From NCBI GenBank assembly GCA_025355325.1, contig JANXZX010000209.1:73211-137210 (forward strand): a stretch of 64,000 nt of DNA, read 5' to 3'. This DNA comes from Geobacteraceae bacterium. GTDB taxonomy: Bacteria; Desulfobacterota; Desulfuromonadia; Geobacterales; Pseudopelobacteraceae. The position numbers were made by a program, and so were the translations under genes. Below, one piece after another: positions 43,495 through 52,135 of this stretch (position 1 is the first letter of the stretch; each line of letters starts with the position of its first letter). The notes under the pieces were generated by a model. The model made no database searches and was not told where the DNA came from. It saw nothing but the letters and a program-made list of their open reading frames with translations.

Positions 43495-45336
43495 TTAGAA
43501 TATTCCGTGGAGCGGGGCTCCGGGAGCCGCCAGCGCGTCGATTTTACGTTCGACCGCCGGATCGTCCACCAGAGGCGGGGCGTGAAACGGCTTGATACGG
43601 GCATCGATTACCAGTGGGCCGCTGCATCCCCAGTGCCTGCCGCGGGTTACGGGACGGATTCCATACACATCGACCGCCGGGTTAGAGCGGGTGAAGGTCA
43701 CCCACAGGAAGTTGTTCAGCGTTGCTGCCGCAAACCGGCTGTCGTCGCAGATAACAATCAACGGGAAACCGTCAAAAACATTTCGTTCCTGATAATAACG
43801 GCAGAACTCGTCAATCTGCGGATCTCCCTCTCCCCTCGCCTGTGTCGATGGCGGCCCCTGAATTGCGAGGATTCCGGGCAGACACACATCAACGGGACCA
43901 AAGCCGGACGGCAATTCGAGACCGGCGGGAGGCTCTGTTGCCAGCGTGCGAAGTACCGGACCGGCAGCAGCGATGACGACTTTTGAGCCTTCGTTGAGCC
44001 CGGAGCCGCTGTAGTCGAGAGTGTCCACCGTCGTCGCTGTCTGAAAATGCAGATTGGTGCGCCAGTCGGCGCGCTCCAGAATATGCCCGAGAAACGCGGC
44101 AATGTCGTGGGTGTGCAATGCAGGTGCGTCTTCATGAGCTGCAATCAGCAGATATTTGGCCAGGGAAAGCTGCCCCTGTCCGAGAATGGCATTGGCAACC
44201 GTCAGCAGCTCCTGCGGTTGGCGGACGGCTGAATAAGGGACATAACGCTCGTTGGCGATTGCCAGCAAGAGAGGATGGACACCGGCAGCATCAACGGCAT
44301 GCACTTCCTTGACTCCTGCGACGACGGTCGGAATCAGCGGGCCGGTAAGTTCATGAATGAAGGCGCCGAAGCTGGTGTCTTCCTGCGGAGGCCGGCCAAC
44401 GGTCGTAAACGGCAGAATCGCATCCCGGCGGTGATAGACGGCATCAACTTCGATATAGGGGAATTCGTGGGTAAGGCTGTAGTAGCCGAGATGATCGCCA
44501 AACGGCCCTTCCGGCAGGGTTTTAGCGGGATGGACCACGCCGCTGATACAAAAATCGGCTTCGGCGGAGACCGGCAGTTGTCCCGGAATCCTGGTCATCG
44601 GTATGCGATGTCCGGCCAGCAGACCGGCAAAGGAAAGTTCCGGCATCCCTTCCGGCAGCGGCATGACCGCCGCTACAGTCATTGCGGGTGCCCCGCCCAG
44701 AAAAATGTTGACCCGGAGCACATCGCCCCGCTCAATCGCCTCGGCATGGTGAGCGCCGATTCCGCGATGAATCTGGTAATGTAGACCGGCCTGTTTGTCT
44801 GGCTGATAATTATTACCGGAAATCTGGATTCGGTACATGCCGAGGTTGGACCTGGCAAAACCGGGCTTGTCCGGACTTTCGCTATACACCTGCGGCAGCG
44901 TTAGAAACGCCCCGCCATCTCGGGGCCATGATACGAGCTGCGGCAGGGCGGAGAGAGTCGTCCTGCACTCCAGTACCGGAGCATGTGCGGTAACCGTCGG
45001 CAACAGGTGATACGCCGCAACCGGTGCCATTATGATATCGAGCGGATTTTTCAGAAGTGAAAACGGGTTTATCTTGAGATCGACAAGCCGGCGGATATCA
45101 TCCAGCGTATCCCGAAAGATAAAGCGGGTCCGCTCCAGCGTGCCGAACAGATTGCCCAGCAGCGGGAACCGGCAGCCTGTCGCATTGGTAAACAACAGAG
45201 CCGGACCACCCGCCTGGTACACTCGCCGCTGCACCGCACCGATTTCCAGGTGGGGATCAAGCGGTGCATCAATACGCAGCAGCATGCCCCGGCGCTGAAG
45301 ATCAACCACACACTCCTGCAGATTTTTATAACCCAT
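43495..45336 (-). CDS. UbiD-family (prenylated-FMN-dependent) decarboxylase, long form
   Basis: The 613-aa ORF has an N-terminus typical of UbiD (LQECVVDLQRRGMLLRIDAPLDPHLEIGAVQRRVYQAGGPALLF). The UbiD core continues through ...PEGPFGDHLGYY. The substrate is unknown. Confidence 0.8.
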   Translation of the reverse strand: MGYKNLQECVVDLQRRGMLLRIDAPLDPHLEIGAVQRRVYQAGGPALLFTNATGCRFPLLGNLFGTLERTRFIFRDTLDDIRRLVDLKINPFSLLKNPLDIIMAPVAAYHLLPTVTAHAPVLECRTTLSALPQLVSWPRDGGAFLTLPQVYSESPDKPGFARSNLGMYRIQISGNNYQPDKQAGLHYQIHRGIGAHHAEAIERGDVLRVNIFLGGAPAMTVAAVMPLPEGMPELSFAGLLAGHRIPMTRIPGQLPVSAEADFCISGVVHPAKTLPEGPFGDHLGYYSLTHEFPYIEVDAVYHRRDAILPFTTVGRPPQEDTSFGAFIHELTGPLIPTVVAGVKEVHAVDAAGVHPLLLAIANERYVPYSAVRQPQELLTVANAILGQGQLSLAKYLLIAAHEDAPALHTHDIAAFLGHILERADWRTNLHFQTATTVDTLDYSGSGLNEGSKVVIAAAGPVLRTLATEPPAGLELPSGFGPVDVCLPGILAIQGPPSTQARGEGDPQIDEFCRYYQERNVFDGFPLIVICDDSRFAAATLNNFLWVTFTRSNPAVDVYGIRPVTRGRHWGCSGPLVIDARIKPFHAPPLVDDPAVERKIDALAAPGAPLHGIF

Positions 45337-45509
45337 ATATGCAACCAGCCTTGAAGGAGTCGTAAACCCGTGCAGAGTAACATTCTACTTAATGAAAGAC
45401 AATCGCAGTGTCGAAAATTTTCATAGTTAGTACTGTCAATCCGTCATCAAAGCGGCTGTTCCTCTTTCACTGCTGAAAGTATTTCCCAAGCCGCAACGTC
45501 ACCCGGGTT

Positions 45510-46514
45510 TTAATAAACGGCGATTTTCAGATGTTCCAATGCTTCCTTAGGAATGGAGGGGTTGAGTTCAATGACTTTGAGGCATAACTCTCGAATTCGC
45601 TCTGAGTCACCACCCGTTATTTGTTCAACCGAAGCGAGTCCAAGATATGCGAGTGCAAGACTTTTATCCAGCAAGATGGCTTCTTCAAAGCATGTGCGAG
45701 CGGCTTCATATTTCTGCTGCTGCAGGTAAATATTACCGAGATTTATCTTAACCAACGGAAAGCCGGGGTCCAGTTCTGCGGCTACCAGGCATTGAGCAAG
45801 AGCTTCTTCAAGCTTGTCTGTGTTCATAAGTGCGGCGCCGTAGTTATTGAGACACTTTACATGGTACGGATCCAGCTTGACGGCTCTTTCATAATAGGTA
45901 ATTGCATCTGCGAAACGTCCAAGATCCTGAAGCAGCACGGCGTACGTATAGAGCGCTCCCCAGTGGTTCGGCGCACAATTAAGCGCTTCCAGCAGCACGG
46001 ATTCTGCGTAGTCATAGGCTCCAAGGTCATGAAGCGTATCCCCCAGCTTATGGAGTACATGAGCATTGGCCGGGACAAGCCCTGCGGCAATTTCAAAACA
46101 GACAGCATTTTCCTGAACAAATCTTTCTTTATTAAGAAGGTCTCCAAAAGACACTATAATCTCGGCAACAGCAGGAAGGGTGAGAACGGAATCATTGTCC
46201 ATCAGAGCAACCAGATTCAGTGTTATTGCTTTTGAAATAACCTCCCCCTGCAATGACATGCGCCGACTTAGCGAGCGAAGACTTTCCGCTGCTTCAGCAA
46301 CGTTCCCATTACCGGCCGTGATGGACGAGATGAAAAACGGGGCAAGATTGTCGTCCGGGTATTCTTCCGCAATTTTGAGATAGCCGCTCAGTGCCGGTTC
46401 CATTTCACCGCGCAGGTGCATCGACAGAGTCTTGACAATATCAGCTGCCAGGAGTTCAGCTGCCGTCATGACGGCTGTTTCATTCGTTCCGAATATTTTG
46501 TTGAAAAATCCCAT
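45510..46514 (-). CDS. TPR-repeat protein
   Basis: The 334-aa ORF has at least five recognisable 34-aa TPR units in the C-terminal 200 aa (e.g. AITYYERAVKLDPYHVKCLNNYGAAL). Confidence 0.75.
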   Translation of the reverse strand: MGFFNKIFGTNETAVMTAAELLAADIVKTLSMHLRGEMEPALSGYLKIAEEYPDDNLAPFFISSITAGNGNVAEAAESLRSLSRRMSLQGEVISKAITLNLVALMDNDSVLTLPAVAEIIVSFGDLLNKERFVQENAVCFEIAAGLVPANAHVLHKLGDTLHDLGAYDYAESVLLEALNCAPNHWGALYTYAVLLQDLGRFADAITYYERAVKLDPYHVKCLNNYGAALMNTDKLEEALAQCLVAAELDPGFPLVKINLGNIYLQQQKYEAARTCFEEAILLDKSLALAYLGLASVEQITGGDSERIRELCLKVIELNPSIPKEALEHLKIAVY

Positions 46515-46519
46515 CGTGA

Positions 46520-47086
46520 TTATCCTTTTTCGTTCGGTATGATTTGTGTGGATCGAAAATAGCGTACCAGCATTGGCACGATGAACATTGAGCCGAGAAC
46601 AATCAGCATGGTGGTGTTTGGGTCTCGAAAATACGAGTTCAGCTGTAACGTCGTAAGCGCGATTACGGCAAAATAAAGCATATCGCCAACGATGGCAATG
46701 GTCCAGCCGGCAAGGAAGCCGTGGCCCGCAGCCAGCGCAGTGGCGCGCCCGGTCATCGGATCCACACCAAAGGCAATCATGACGAGCGCAAGAGGGCCTG
46801 CACCGGTACCGCCGAAATGAGCCACGCTGCGGGCTGTTGCCGCTTTTAAAACCGCGCTGAAACGGGCTAAAAAAGGAACTTTCCCCATCAACAGAGCGAG
46901 AAGACGAAGGATCGGTTCAAAGGCAAGGGCCAGTATCACATCTGAAACCAGATAGAGCCCTGTGGTAATGGGCCAGGCCAGACCTTTGGCGTGAGCAAAC
47001 ATAACGCCGGCAGGGATTCCTCCACCGACCGGAATAAGGAAGAGTTTCAGTACGGAAAACATGTTGGATGCCTGAACATTTATCAA
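46520..47086 (-). CDS. Integral membrane protein (COG2426 / small multidrug-export-like, tentative)
   Basis: The 188-aa ORF has about 5 TM segments and the sequence LIPVGGGIPAGVMFAHAKG. It overlaps the upstream gene by 4 nt. Confidence 0.45.
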   Translation of the reverse strand: MINVQASNMFSVLKLFLIPVGGGIPAGVMFAHAKGLAWPITTGLYLVSDVILALAFEPILRLLALLMGKVPFLARFSAVLKAATARSVAHFGGTGAGPLALVMIAFGVDPMTGRATALAAGHGFLAGWTIAIVGDMLYFAVIALTTLQLNSYFRDPNTTMLIVLGSMFIVPMLVRYFRSTQIIPNEKG

Positions 47087-47886
47087 CTTACTATCACCGC
47101 CGCGTACCCAACCACCTGGGCAGTATCTCCGGTAACATCTCCGCTGGTACCGTATGCCACCAACTCCGCCTTACTCGCCCCCATCTGAAGAGCGGCTTCG
47201 ATCATTACCGTCGCAGGTACGACTCCGCACATCGTAATCCTGTTTCGATTGCACACGTCCAGAAGGCCTTTGCCATCCAGCGCAAGCGCCCGTTCAAGCG
47301 CCATTTCATCCTTCAGACGGGCAGCCTCGGCCGATTCGTAATGGGTCATATCGGAACTGGCGACGATCAGCACCTCCCCGCCATACTCCAGAATGGCTGC
47401 AGCAATGCTGTGGCCAATGTCACGCATCGGGGCATAATCACCGTGACCGAGACAGAGAGCCGAAATAGTCACCTCCGGATGCAGATACTGAATAAACGGG
47501 AGCTGGACTTCAAGGGAGTGCTCGTGCTGATGTGCGACGCTGTCCGGTTGGAGGTACGTGGAATGCTTGAGTAACAGGGCATTCAGACCGGAATTAATGG
47601 CTACCGTGCCGAGCGGAGTCTGCCATTCTCCATCGGGGTACAGCGCAGCGGGGGCACCTCTGCCGTGATGGTTCGGCCCGATGATCAGGACGGTGTCCGG
47701 AATGGTGATACGGGAAAACAGTTTACCGGCGATTGCTCCGGAATAGACGTATCCGGCATGGGGCGAAATGACACCTTTCACCGGCTGCGGTGATGAGTGA
47801 GCCGGAATCAGCTGAGACAGGGCGGTGCGAAGGGCATGCTCGCCGCCCGGATAGAATTGACCAGCTACGGCTGGCTGTCGCTGCAT
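47083..47886 (-). CDS. AmmeMemoRadiSam system protein B (MEMO1-like)
   Basis: The 267-aa ORF has PAVAGQFYPG and ISPHAGYVYSG at the N-terminus, plus a conserved His-rich core (HQHEHSLEVQLPF). Confidence 0.85.
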   Translation of the reverse strand: MQRQPAVAGQFYPGGEHALRTALSQLIPAHSSPQPVKGVISPHAGYVYSGAIAGKLFSRITIPDTVLIIGPNHHGRGAPAALYPDGEWQTPLGTVAINSGLNALLLKHSTYLQPDSVAHQHEHSLEVQLPFIQYLHPEVTISALCLGHGDYAPMRDIGHSIAAAILEYGGEVLIVASSDMTHYESAEAARLKDEMALERALALDGKGLLDVCNRNRITMCGVVPATVMIEAALQMGASKAELVAYGTSGDVTGDTAQVVGYAAVIVS

Positions 47887-47903
47887 GGCTGACCTCCCTG
47901 TCG

Positions 47904-48509
47904 CTATTCAAGCGGCAATTGGTTCTCGACCTGAATCACCTTGTCCGGTTCAAGCTGTAACTCCTCCTGACGTTCGTACTGCGGCACGGCATCCAACGCC
48001 TGAATTTCTTTAAGTGTCGGAAGAGATTTCAGGTCTTTAAGCCCAAAAACTTCAAGGAATTCTTTGGATGTCCCGTAAATGAGCGGCCGACCCGGAATAT
48101 CCTTTTTGCCGAGAATCCGCACCAGGTGTTTTTCCAGCAGCGTCTTGAGCACACCGCCGCAATCAACGCCGCGCAGGTGCTCTACCTCAGCACGGGTAAT
48201 CGGCTGACGGTAAGCGATGATGGCAAGAGTTTCGAGGGCGGATTGGGAAAACTTGGACATTCTGGTTTTAATATGACGGGTGATGTAACCATGGAAAACG
48301 GGACGGGTTCTGAACTGCCAGCCTCCGGCCACCTCAACCAGATCAAAGCCCCCTGCCCGCTCCTGGTAATGAGCCACCAGTTCAGCCAGGGCCAATTTGA
48401 TCTGGTCCCGTTCGAATTCACCCAGCAGCTCGCAGAGGCGATCAACCGGGAGCGCCGATTCGGCGGTAAATATAAGGCTTTCTATGATCGAAGGTAATTC
48501 GGAATTCAT
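47904..48509 (-). CDS. scpB: Segregation and condensation protein B
   Basis: The 201-aa ORF contains IESLIFTAESALPVDRL, LSQSALETLAIIAYRQPITRAEVEHLRGV and PGRPLIYGTSKEFLEVFGL. Confidence 0.9.
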   Translation of the reverse strand: MNSELPSIIESLIFTAESALPVDRLCELLGEFERDQIKLALAELVAHYQERAGGFDLVEVAGGWQFRTRPVFHGYITRHIKTRMSKFSQSALETLAIIAYRQPITRAEVEHLRGVDCGGVLKTLLEKHLVRILGKKDIPGRPLIYGTSKEFLEVFGLKDLKSLPTLKEIQALDAVPQYERQEELQLEPDKVIQVENQLPLE

Positions 48510-49315
48510 GGAAGATCAACCTCGGCAGAATCTTTGGCCACCGCCGGAACAAACCAGATCTGGCCAAATTCGCTCCCCTGGAATATGCGGATCAGCTTGA
48601 GTCGGCAGAGTTCCAGAATCGCCAGAAAGGTGACAATCACCCGCTCACGGGTCAATTCGTCCCGAACGAGTTCATCAAACTGAACCGTATCCTGTTCCTG
48701 AAGCAGAGAGAGAATTTCATTGATACAATCGGCGATGCTGAGCGAATCACCCGGCGCGACATCATGGAAGCTTTCGACCGGAATGCGCTGCAACAGCACC
48801 CGAAAAGCATCCACCAGCTCGAACAGGCTCACTTCCAGGGGGCCTTCAACGTTTTGCGCAGCTTTCAGTATCGGTTCCGATTCTGTCCGGGCAAAAACCT
48901 CCCGGCCCAGCAATGCCCTGGCCCCAATAACCATCCCGGCTTCTTTATACTGTTGATATTCAAGCAGCCGCCGGACGAGTTCGGCGCGTGGATCAGCCTC
49001 TTCTTCTTCCGGCTCTTCCTGATCGTCCCGGGGAAGCAACTGCCGTGACTTGATCTGCAGCAGCGTTGCCGCCATAACCAGAAAATCACCCGCAACTTCC
49101 AGGTTCAGTTCCTTCATCAATTTGATGAATTCAAGATATTGACGGGTAATGACCGCAATCGAGATGTCGCAGATGTCCAACTCGTTTTTCTTGATCAGAT
49201 GCAGCAACAGGTCCATCGGACCATCAAATTTGTCGAGGTGAACGCTGTACTGCTCGTGAAAACCGTCCAGCAGCGGCAGGTGTTCCTCGCGATGATGGTG
49301 TGCCTCGGCTGTCAT
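48506..49315 (-). CDS. scpA: Segregation and condensation protein A
   Basis: The 269-aa ORF contains LDKFDGPMDLLLHLIKKNELDICDISIAVITRQYLEFI and has the C-terminal winged helix. It overlaps scpB by 4 nt. Confidence 0.9.
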   Translation of the reverse strand: MTAEAHHHREEHLPLLDGFHEQYSVHLDKFDGPMDLLLHLIKKNELDICDISIAVITRQYLEFIKLMKELNLEVAGDFLVMAATLLQIKSRQLLPRDDQEEPEEEEADPRAELVRRLLEYQQYKEAGMVIGARALLGREVFARTESEPILKAAQNVEGPLEVSLFELVDAFRVLLQRIPVESFHDVAPGDSLSIADCINEILSLLQEQDTVQFDELVRDELTRERVIVTFLAILELCRLKLIRIFQGSEFGQIWFVPAVAKDSAEVDLP

Positions 49316-49316
49316 A

Positions 49317-50297
49317 TTAGAATTTCAGGGCCGTGCGAACCTCAGTCATTACGGCGTCCGAAATCAGAGACGCCCTCCGGCTCCCCTCTTGCAACAATTC
49401 GTCGACAAAACCGGGGTTAGCAGCCAACTCTTCTCGTTTGGCCCGGAACGGAGCGAGACGCTCGTTCATGCAGCCAACCAGTATTTTCTTGCAATCAACA
49501 CAGCCGATTGAAGCGTTACGGCACGCCGGGATTATCTCCTCCTGCTTCTCCTGCGGAACGTACAGACGGTGCAGGTTGAAAGCCACACAGATATCCGGAT
49601 CGCCCGGATCGTTGCGACGCACCCTGGCTGGATCGGTCATCATGCCCATAATTTTCTTGCTGGTTTCTTCAGCACTGTCGGAGAGATATATCGAGTTATT
49701 GTATGACTTGCTCATCTTGCGGCCATCAAGGCCGGGCAGTTTCGGCGTTTCCGTCAGCAGCGCTTCAGGTTCCGGAAAGACCTCTCCATAGAGATGGTTA
49801 AAGCGGCGGGCAATTTCACGGGTGATTTCCAGATGAGGCAACTGATCCTGACCGACCGGAACCCGAAGTGCCTTGTACAAAATGATGTCCGCGGCCATTA
49901 GTACCGGGTAGCCGAGAAAACCGAATGTGGAAAGATCCTTGGTCTCAAGATTGTCTTGCATTTCCTTGTAAGTTGGGCAGCGTTCCAGCCAAGATACCGG
50001 GGTCACCATCGACAGGATCAGGTTCAATTCGGAATGGTGCGGCACCAGGCTTTGACGGAAAATAACGCATTGTTGCGGATCAAGGCCGAAGGCGACCCAA
50101 TCCAGCACCATTTCGCGGATGTTCTGGGAAATAGCGGAAGTATCGGCATATTCTGTCGTCAATGAATGCCAGTCAGCAACAAAAAAGAAACAGTCAAATG
50201 AATCCTGCATTTTGACCCAGTTTTCCAATACGCCGTGATAATGCCCAATATGAAGTTTGCCGGTTGGTCTCATGCCGCTGACAACGCGTTGTTTCAT
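49317..50297 (-). CDS. trpS: Tryptophan--tRNA ligase
   Basis: I prefer the ATG at 50297, which has an AAGGAG RBS. The ORF has the HIGH motif (GKLHIGHYHG) and the KMSKS motif (RKMSKS). Confidence 0.93.
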   Translation of the reverse strand: MKQRVVSGMRPTGKLHIGHYHGVLENWVKMQDSFDCFFFVADWHSLTTEYADTSAISQNIREMVLDWVAFGLDPQQCVIFRQSLVPHHSELNLILSMVTPVSWLERCPTYKEMQDNLETKDLSTFGFLGYPVLMAADIILYKALRVPVGQDQLPHLEITREIARRFNHLYGEVFPEPEALLTETPKLPGLDGRKMSKSYNNSIYLSDSAEETSKKIMGMMTDPARVRRNDPGDPDICVAFNLHRLYVPQEKQEEIIPACRNASIGCVDCKKILVGCMNERLAPFRAKREELAANPGFVDELLQEGSRRASLISDAVMTEVRTALKF

Positions 50298-50377
50298 GTA
50301 AATCGCTCCTTGTGAATCGTAGGTCTGTTCTGCTAAAGTGAGCCGGAAAAATTCCACTCAAAGACAGGGAAATCTAC

Positions 50378-50842
50378 ATGAACCGGCCTAAAATTGAAAC
50401 CAAAATCATGAATCCGCTGATCGGTTCAACAATACCGCTGCCGTCATATGCAACTGATGGCGCTGCCGCACTGGACCTGAGAGCGTGCCTGGAAAATCCC
50501 CGAACAGTTCAACCGGGCGAAACCGTCCTGATTCCAAGCGGCATCGCCATCAGCATCCACGACCCCGGCCTGGTGGCGCTGCTGGTACCACGCTCCGGCC
50601 TCGGCATCAAGCATGGCATTGTGCTGGCCAATACCGTAGGTGTTATCGACTCTGATTATCAGGGAGAGATCGGCATCGGCATTGTTAATCGCGGTGCGGC
50701 CCCCTACACCATCGAACCGGGAGAGCGGATCTGCCAGATGATGTTCGTACCGGTGCTGCAGGCGGATTTGAGCGTTGTTGCGGAATTCAGCAAGGAAACT
50801 GACCGGGGAACCGGCGGATTCGGCTCCACCGGCAGTCATTAA
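50378..50842 (+). CDS. dut: dUTP diphosphatase
   Basis: The 154-aa ORF contains YATDGAAALDLRA, PRSGLGIKHGIVLANTVGVIDSDYQGEI and RGTGGFGSTG. Confidence 0.93.
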   Translation: MNRPKIETKIMNPLIGSTIPLPSYATDGAAALDLRACLENPRTVQPGETVLIPSGIAISIHDPGLVALLVPRSGLGIKHGIVLANTVGVIDSDYQGEIGIGIVNRGAAPYTIEPGERICQMMFVPVLQADLSVVAEFSKETDRGTGGFGSTGSH

Positions 50843-50875
50843 TACAGAAATGTAAATGCTCAGAGGCAAAAGTCA

Positions 50876-52135
50876 TCAATTTCCAGCTTTTTTCCAGAAG
50901 AGAAAGCGCCGCAACGTCCCGCCCAGCGAACTCTTCATCTCCTGAATAATGGCAGCATCCTCGGCAGACATCTTGGAGAGGTATTCCTGAATAAAAACCA
51001 GGAATATTGAACAGAAGAAGGCCGTTACAGTGGACAGCACAACAATGAGTGAACGTTTAGGCTTACTCTTCCTGCTTGGTGCAACTGCTTCATCCAGCAC
51101 CTGCAAAGATGATGAATCACGGGCCTCGTTGATCTTTGCCAGTTCAAACTGCTTGGTCAACTGCTCAAACGTTGCCTCCTGAACTTTCAAATCCCTCAGG
51201 AGACGTATATATTCCACACCGATTCCAGGGGCATTACCGACACCGGGAATTACGCTGTTACGGTCCCCCGCTCCGCTCATGGAATTTAACTGACCTCGCA
51301 GTTGGGATATGCCCGCCAGCAAAGTCCTCACTTCCGGCGCTTCATCGGTCATGGAGTTGCGCATGGCGGCCAGCTGTACTTCTTTGGTCACCAGTTCCGC
51401 CTTCACCCGGGCAATTCCTTCAATTGCGACAGCGGCCTGGGAATCTGCCTTGATAGTCTTGTATTTGACCTGAAAGTTTTTCATTGCGTCTTCGGCAGTC
51501 TTCAGATCCTGTTTCACAATAACCAGACGTTTTTCTATGAAACTCCGCTCCGTACTGGCCTTGGTAAGGTTCAGCTGCAAACTCTTCTTTTGCAGCTCTT
51601 CAATAAATGTGTTGGCCATCTCGGCGGCACGGCGAGGATCTTTGTTGTCAGCACTGATCGTGATTATGCCATCTTTGCCAGCCTGGAATTTGACCATACC
51701 TGCCAGCGTAACACGAAGCGCATCCGGATTTTTTGATTTCAGTTCTGTCGCTAGATCCAGCCGTTTAATCACTGAGTCTGCAACTGATCGGCTTTTCAGA
51801 ATTCCCATATAAAGGTCAGCAGAGCCACCCAACCCGCCAACCATGCCACCCAGTCCGCCCAATTGCCCTAACAGGGCCGCAGCGGCACCTCCACCACCAT
51901 CTTTCTGTGGCGGCAGCAAACGTGCCGTTGCTGTATAGACATTTTGCATGCAGAGAGATAGTACAACGGCCAGTACTGTAGCAACGACGGTTACTTTAAT
52001 TATCACATTGCGGCGCCGGACGATCACCTGCAATAGCTCCAGGAGGTTGATCTCTTCTTCATCCGGTTGTTGTGACAAATTATTACCTGATTTCTGCACT
52101 TCGTCCATCATCCCTCCTATTTCAAGCCGATCCAA
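50876..52135 (-). CDS. Polysaccharide chain-length determinant (Wzz/GumC-like; no tyrosine-kinase domain)
   Basis: The 419-aa ORF has the Wzz N-terminal motif INLLELLQVIVRRRNVIIKV followed by TM1. A long coiled-coil periplasmic region and a C-terminal TM follow. It overlaps the upstream export gene by 19 nt. Confidence 0.8.
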   Translation of the reverse strand: MDRLEIGGMMDEVQKSGNNLSQQPDEEEINLLELLQVIVRRRNVIIKVTVVATVLAVVLSLCMQNVYTATARLLPPQKDGGGGAAAALLGQLGGLGGMVGGLGGSADLYMGILKSRSVADSVIKRLDLATELKSKNPDALRVTLAGMVKFQAGKDGIITISADNKDPRRAAEMANTFIEELQKKSLQLNLTKASTERSFIEKRLVIVKQDLKTAEDAMKNFQVKYKTIKADSQAAVAIEGIARVKAELVTKEVQLAAMRNSMTDEAPEVRTLLAGISQLRGQLNSMSGAGDRNSVIPGVGNAPGIGVEYIRLLRDLKVQEATFEQLTKQFELAKINEARDSSSLQVLDEAVAPSRKSKPKRSLIVVLSTVTAFFCSIFLVFIQEYLSKMSAEDAAIIQEMKSSLGGTLRRFLFWKKAGN

